Source: Burkholderiales bacterium
GTDB taxonomy: Bacteria; Pseudomonadota; Gammaproteobacteria; Burkholderiales; Rhodocyclaceae
Reading direction: 5' to 3'
Assembly: GCA_038316625.1 (NCBI GenBank)
Contig: JBBQAT010000001.1
Span: forward strand, 6,987-70,986
DNA length: 64,000 bases
How positions within the stretch are numbered: position 1 is the first letter of the stretch; the number at the start of each line of letters is the position of its first letter. Shown piece after piece: positions 63,040 to 64,000 of the stretch. The position numbers and the translations under genes are program-made. The notes below the pieces were generated by a model. It saw nothing but the letters and a program-made list of their open reading frames with translations, searched no databases and had not been told where the DNA came from.

Positions 63040-64000
63040 ATGGAACGAATTCTGGTAATTGGCGCCAACGGCCAAATCGGTTGCGAGTTGGTTGAGGCGT
63101 TGGCAGCTAAACATGGGGCAGAGAACGTGATCGCCGCAGATATCGGCGCACACAGTCTGGCCGGGGCGAACTGCTACGAAACGCTCGATGTGCTCGACAG
63201 CAAGCGACTTGCGCACGTGATCGACGATTACGGGATCAGTCAGGTGTACCAACTGGCTGCGCTACTCTCGGTGACCGGCGAACAGGCACCGTTGCGCGCC
63301 TGGACGCTGAACATGAACGGCCTGCTGAATATTCTCGAAATCGCTCGCGAGCGGACGCAAGCGGGCAAGCCGCTGCGCGTTTTCTGGCCGTCTTCGATTG
63401 CCGCCTTTGGTCCGAACACGCCGGCCGTCGATACGCCCCAGCTGGCGGTGATGGACCCGACGACGATCTATGGCATCAGCAAGCAGGCTGGCGAGCGTCT
63501 GTGCGAGTACTACTTCAACAAATATAGTGTCGATGTGCGCAGCATTCGCTATCCGGGCATCATCAGCTACAAATCGCCTCCCGGCGGCGGCACGACTGAT
63601 TACGCCATCGCTATTTTCCACGCTGCCTGCCGTGGTGAACACTATCCGTGCTATCTCGGCCCGGAAACCACGTTGCCGATGATCTACATGTCCGACGCCA
63701 TTCGCGCCACCATCGAGCTGATGGAAGCACCGGCCGAGCAGGTCCGCATTCGCTCTTCCTACAATGTCGCGGGAATTAGCTTCAATCCCCGGCAACTGGC
63801 GGCAACGATCTGTGTGCGGCAGTCTGATTTCTGCATCGACTATCGCCCGGATCATCGCCAGGCAATTGCCGACAGCTGGCCGCAAAGCCTGGACGATACG
63901 CATGCGCGCGCAGACTGGGGCTGGAAGCCGGCCATCGGCCTGGAAAAATTGGTTGATGACATGCTGCTGCATGTCGGGATTGCTTCCTGCAAGCAGGCAT
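63040..64000 (+). CDS. SDR/epimerase-type L-threonine 3-dehydrogenase (3' end at window edge, absent from the ORF track)
   Basis: MERILVIGANGQIG, WPSSIAAFG, YGISK, PGGGTTDYA; follows kbl. Confidence 0.88.
   Translation, partial: MERILVIGANGQIGCELVEALAAKHGAENVIAADIGAHSLAGANCYETLDVLDSKRLAHVIDDYGISQVYQLAALLSVTGEQAPLRAWTLNMNGLLNILEIARERTQAGKPLRVFWPSSIAAFGPNTPAVDTPQLAVMDPTTIYGISKQAGERLCEYYFNKYSVDVRSIRYPGIISYKSPPGGGTTDYAIAIFHAACRGEHYPCYLGPETTLPMIYMSDAIRATIELMEAPAEQVRIRSSYNVAGISFNPRQLAATICVRQSDFCIDYRPDHRQAIADSWPQSLDDTHARADWGWKPAIGLEKLVDDMLLHVGIASCKQA

Noticed and set aside
63262-63972. 236-aa minus-strand ORF
   Set aside because: Shadow of the plus-strand threonine dehydrogenase, which runs to the window edge
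1-64000. Prophage, integron, intact IS, CRISPR-Cas or a multi-gene defence island
   Set aside because: No integrase, transposase, cas, nuclease or phage structural motifs were recognised in the ORF set

Overview
A 64 kb chromosomal segment whose gene order and protein sequences suggest a betaproteobacterium, probably Rhodocyclales (an inference, not a database result). The right half is mostly housekeeping: lptM-lysA/cyaY, PBP1A, pilMNOPQ-aroK-aroB-dgt, pntAB, gltBD, glmU-glmS and kbl/tdh. The left half is more accessory. It holds an EAL gene end, a PLD-type PssA, two FimW-like (atypical PilZ) paralogs flanking a HIT gene, a large FAD/Fe-S oxidoreductase, and a decayed chemoreceptor gene carrying a 135-bp palindromic MITE-like insert. 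It also holds a sigma-54 organic-acid catabolic operon (permease, CoA transferase, SCP2-type thiolase, an unknown 105-aa internal-repeat protein, SDR), a Moco cluster without moaA, an hslU without adjacent hslV, and TerC/USP, MCP, MFS and RND genes. I found no rRNA, tRNA, CRISPR array, integrase or intact transposase. The best novelty candidates are the repeat protein and its operon, the FimW-HIT-FimW module, a YLATT-like 3TM-wHTH gene behind a terminator/antiterminator switch, an uncalled 36-aa membrane peptide and a dispersed 24-bp repeat. All calls come from reading motifs by eye; no searches were run.
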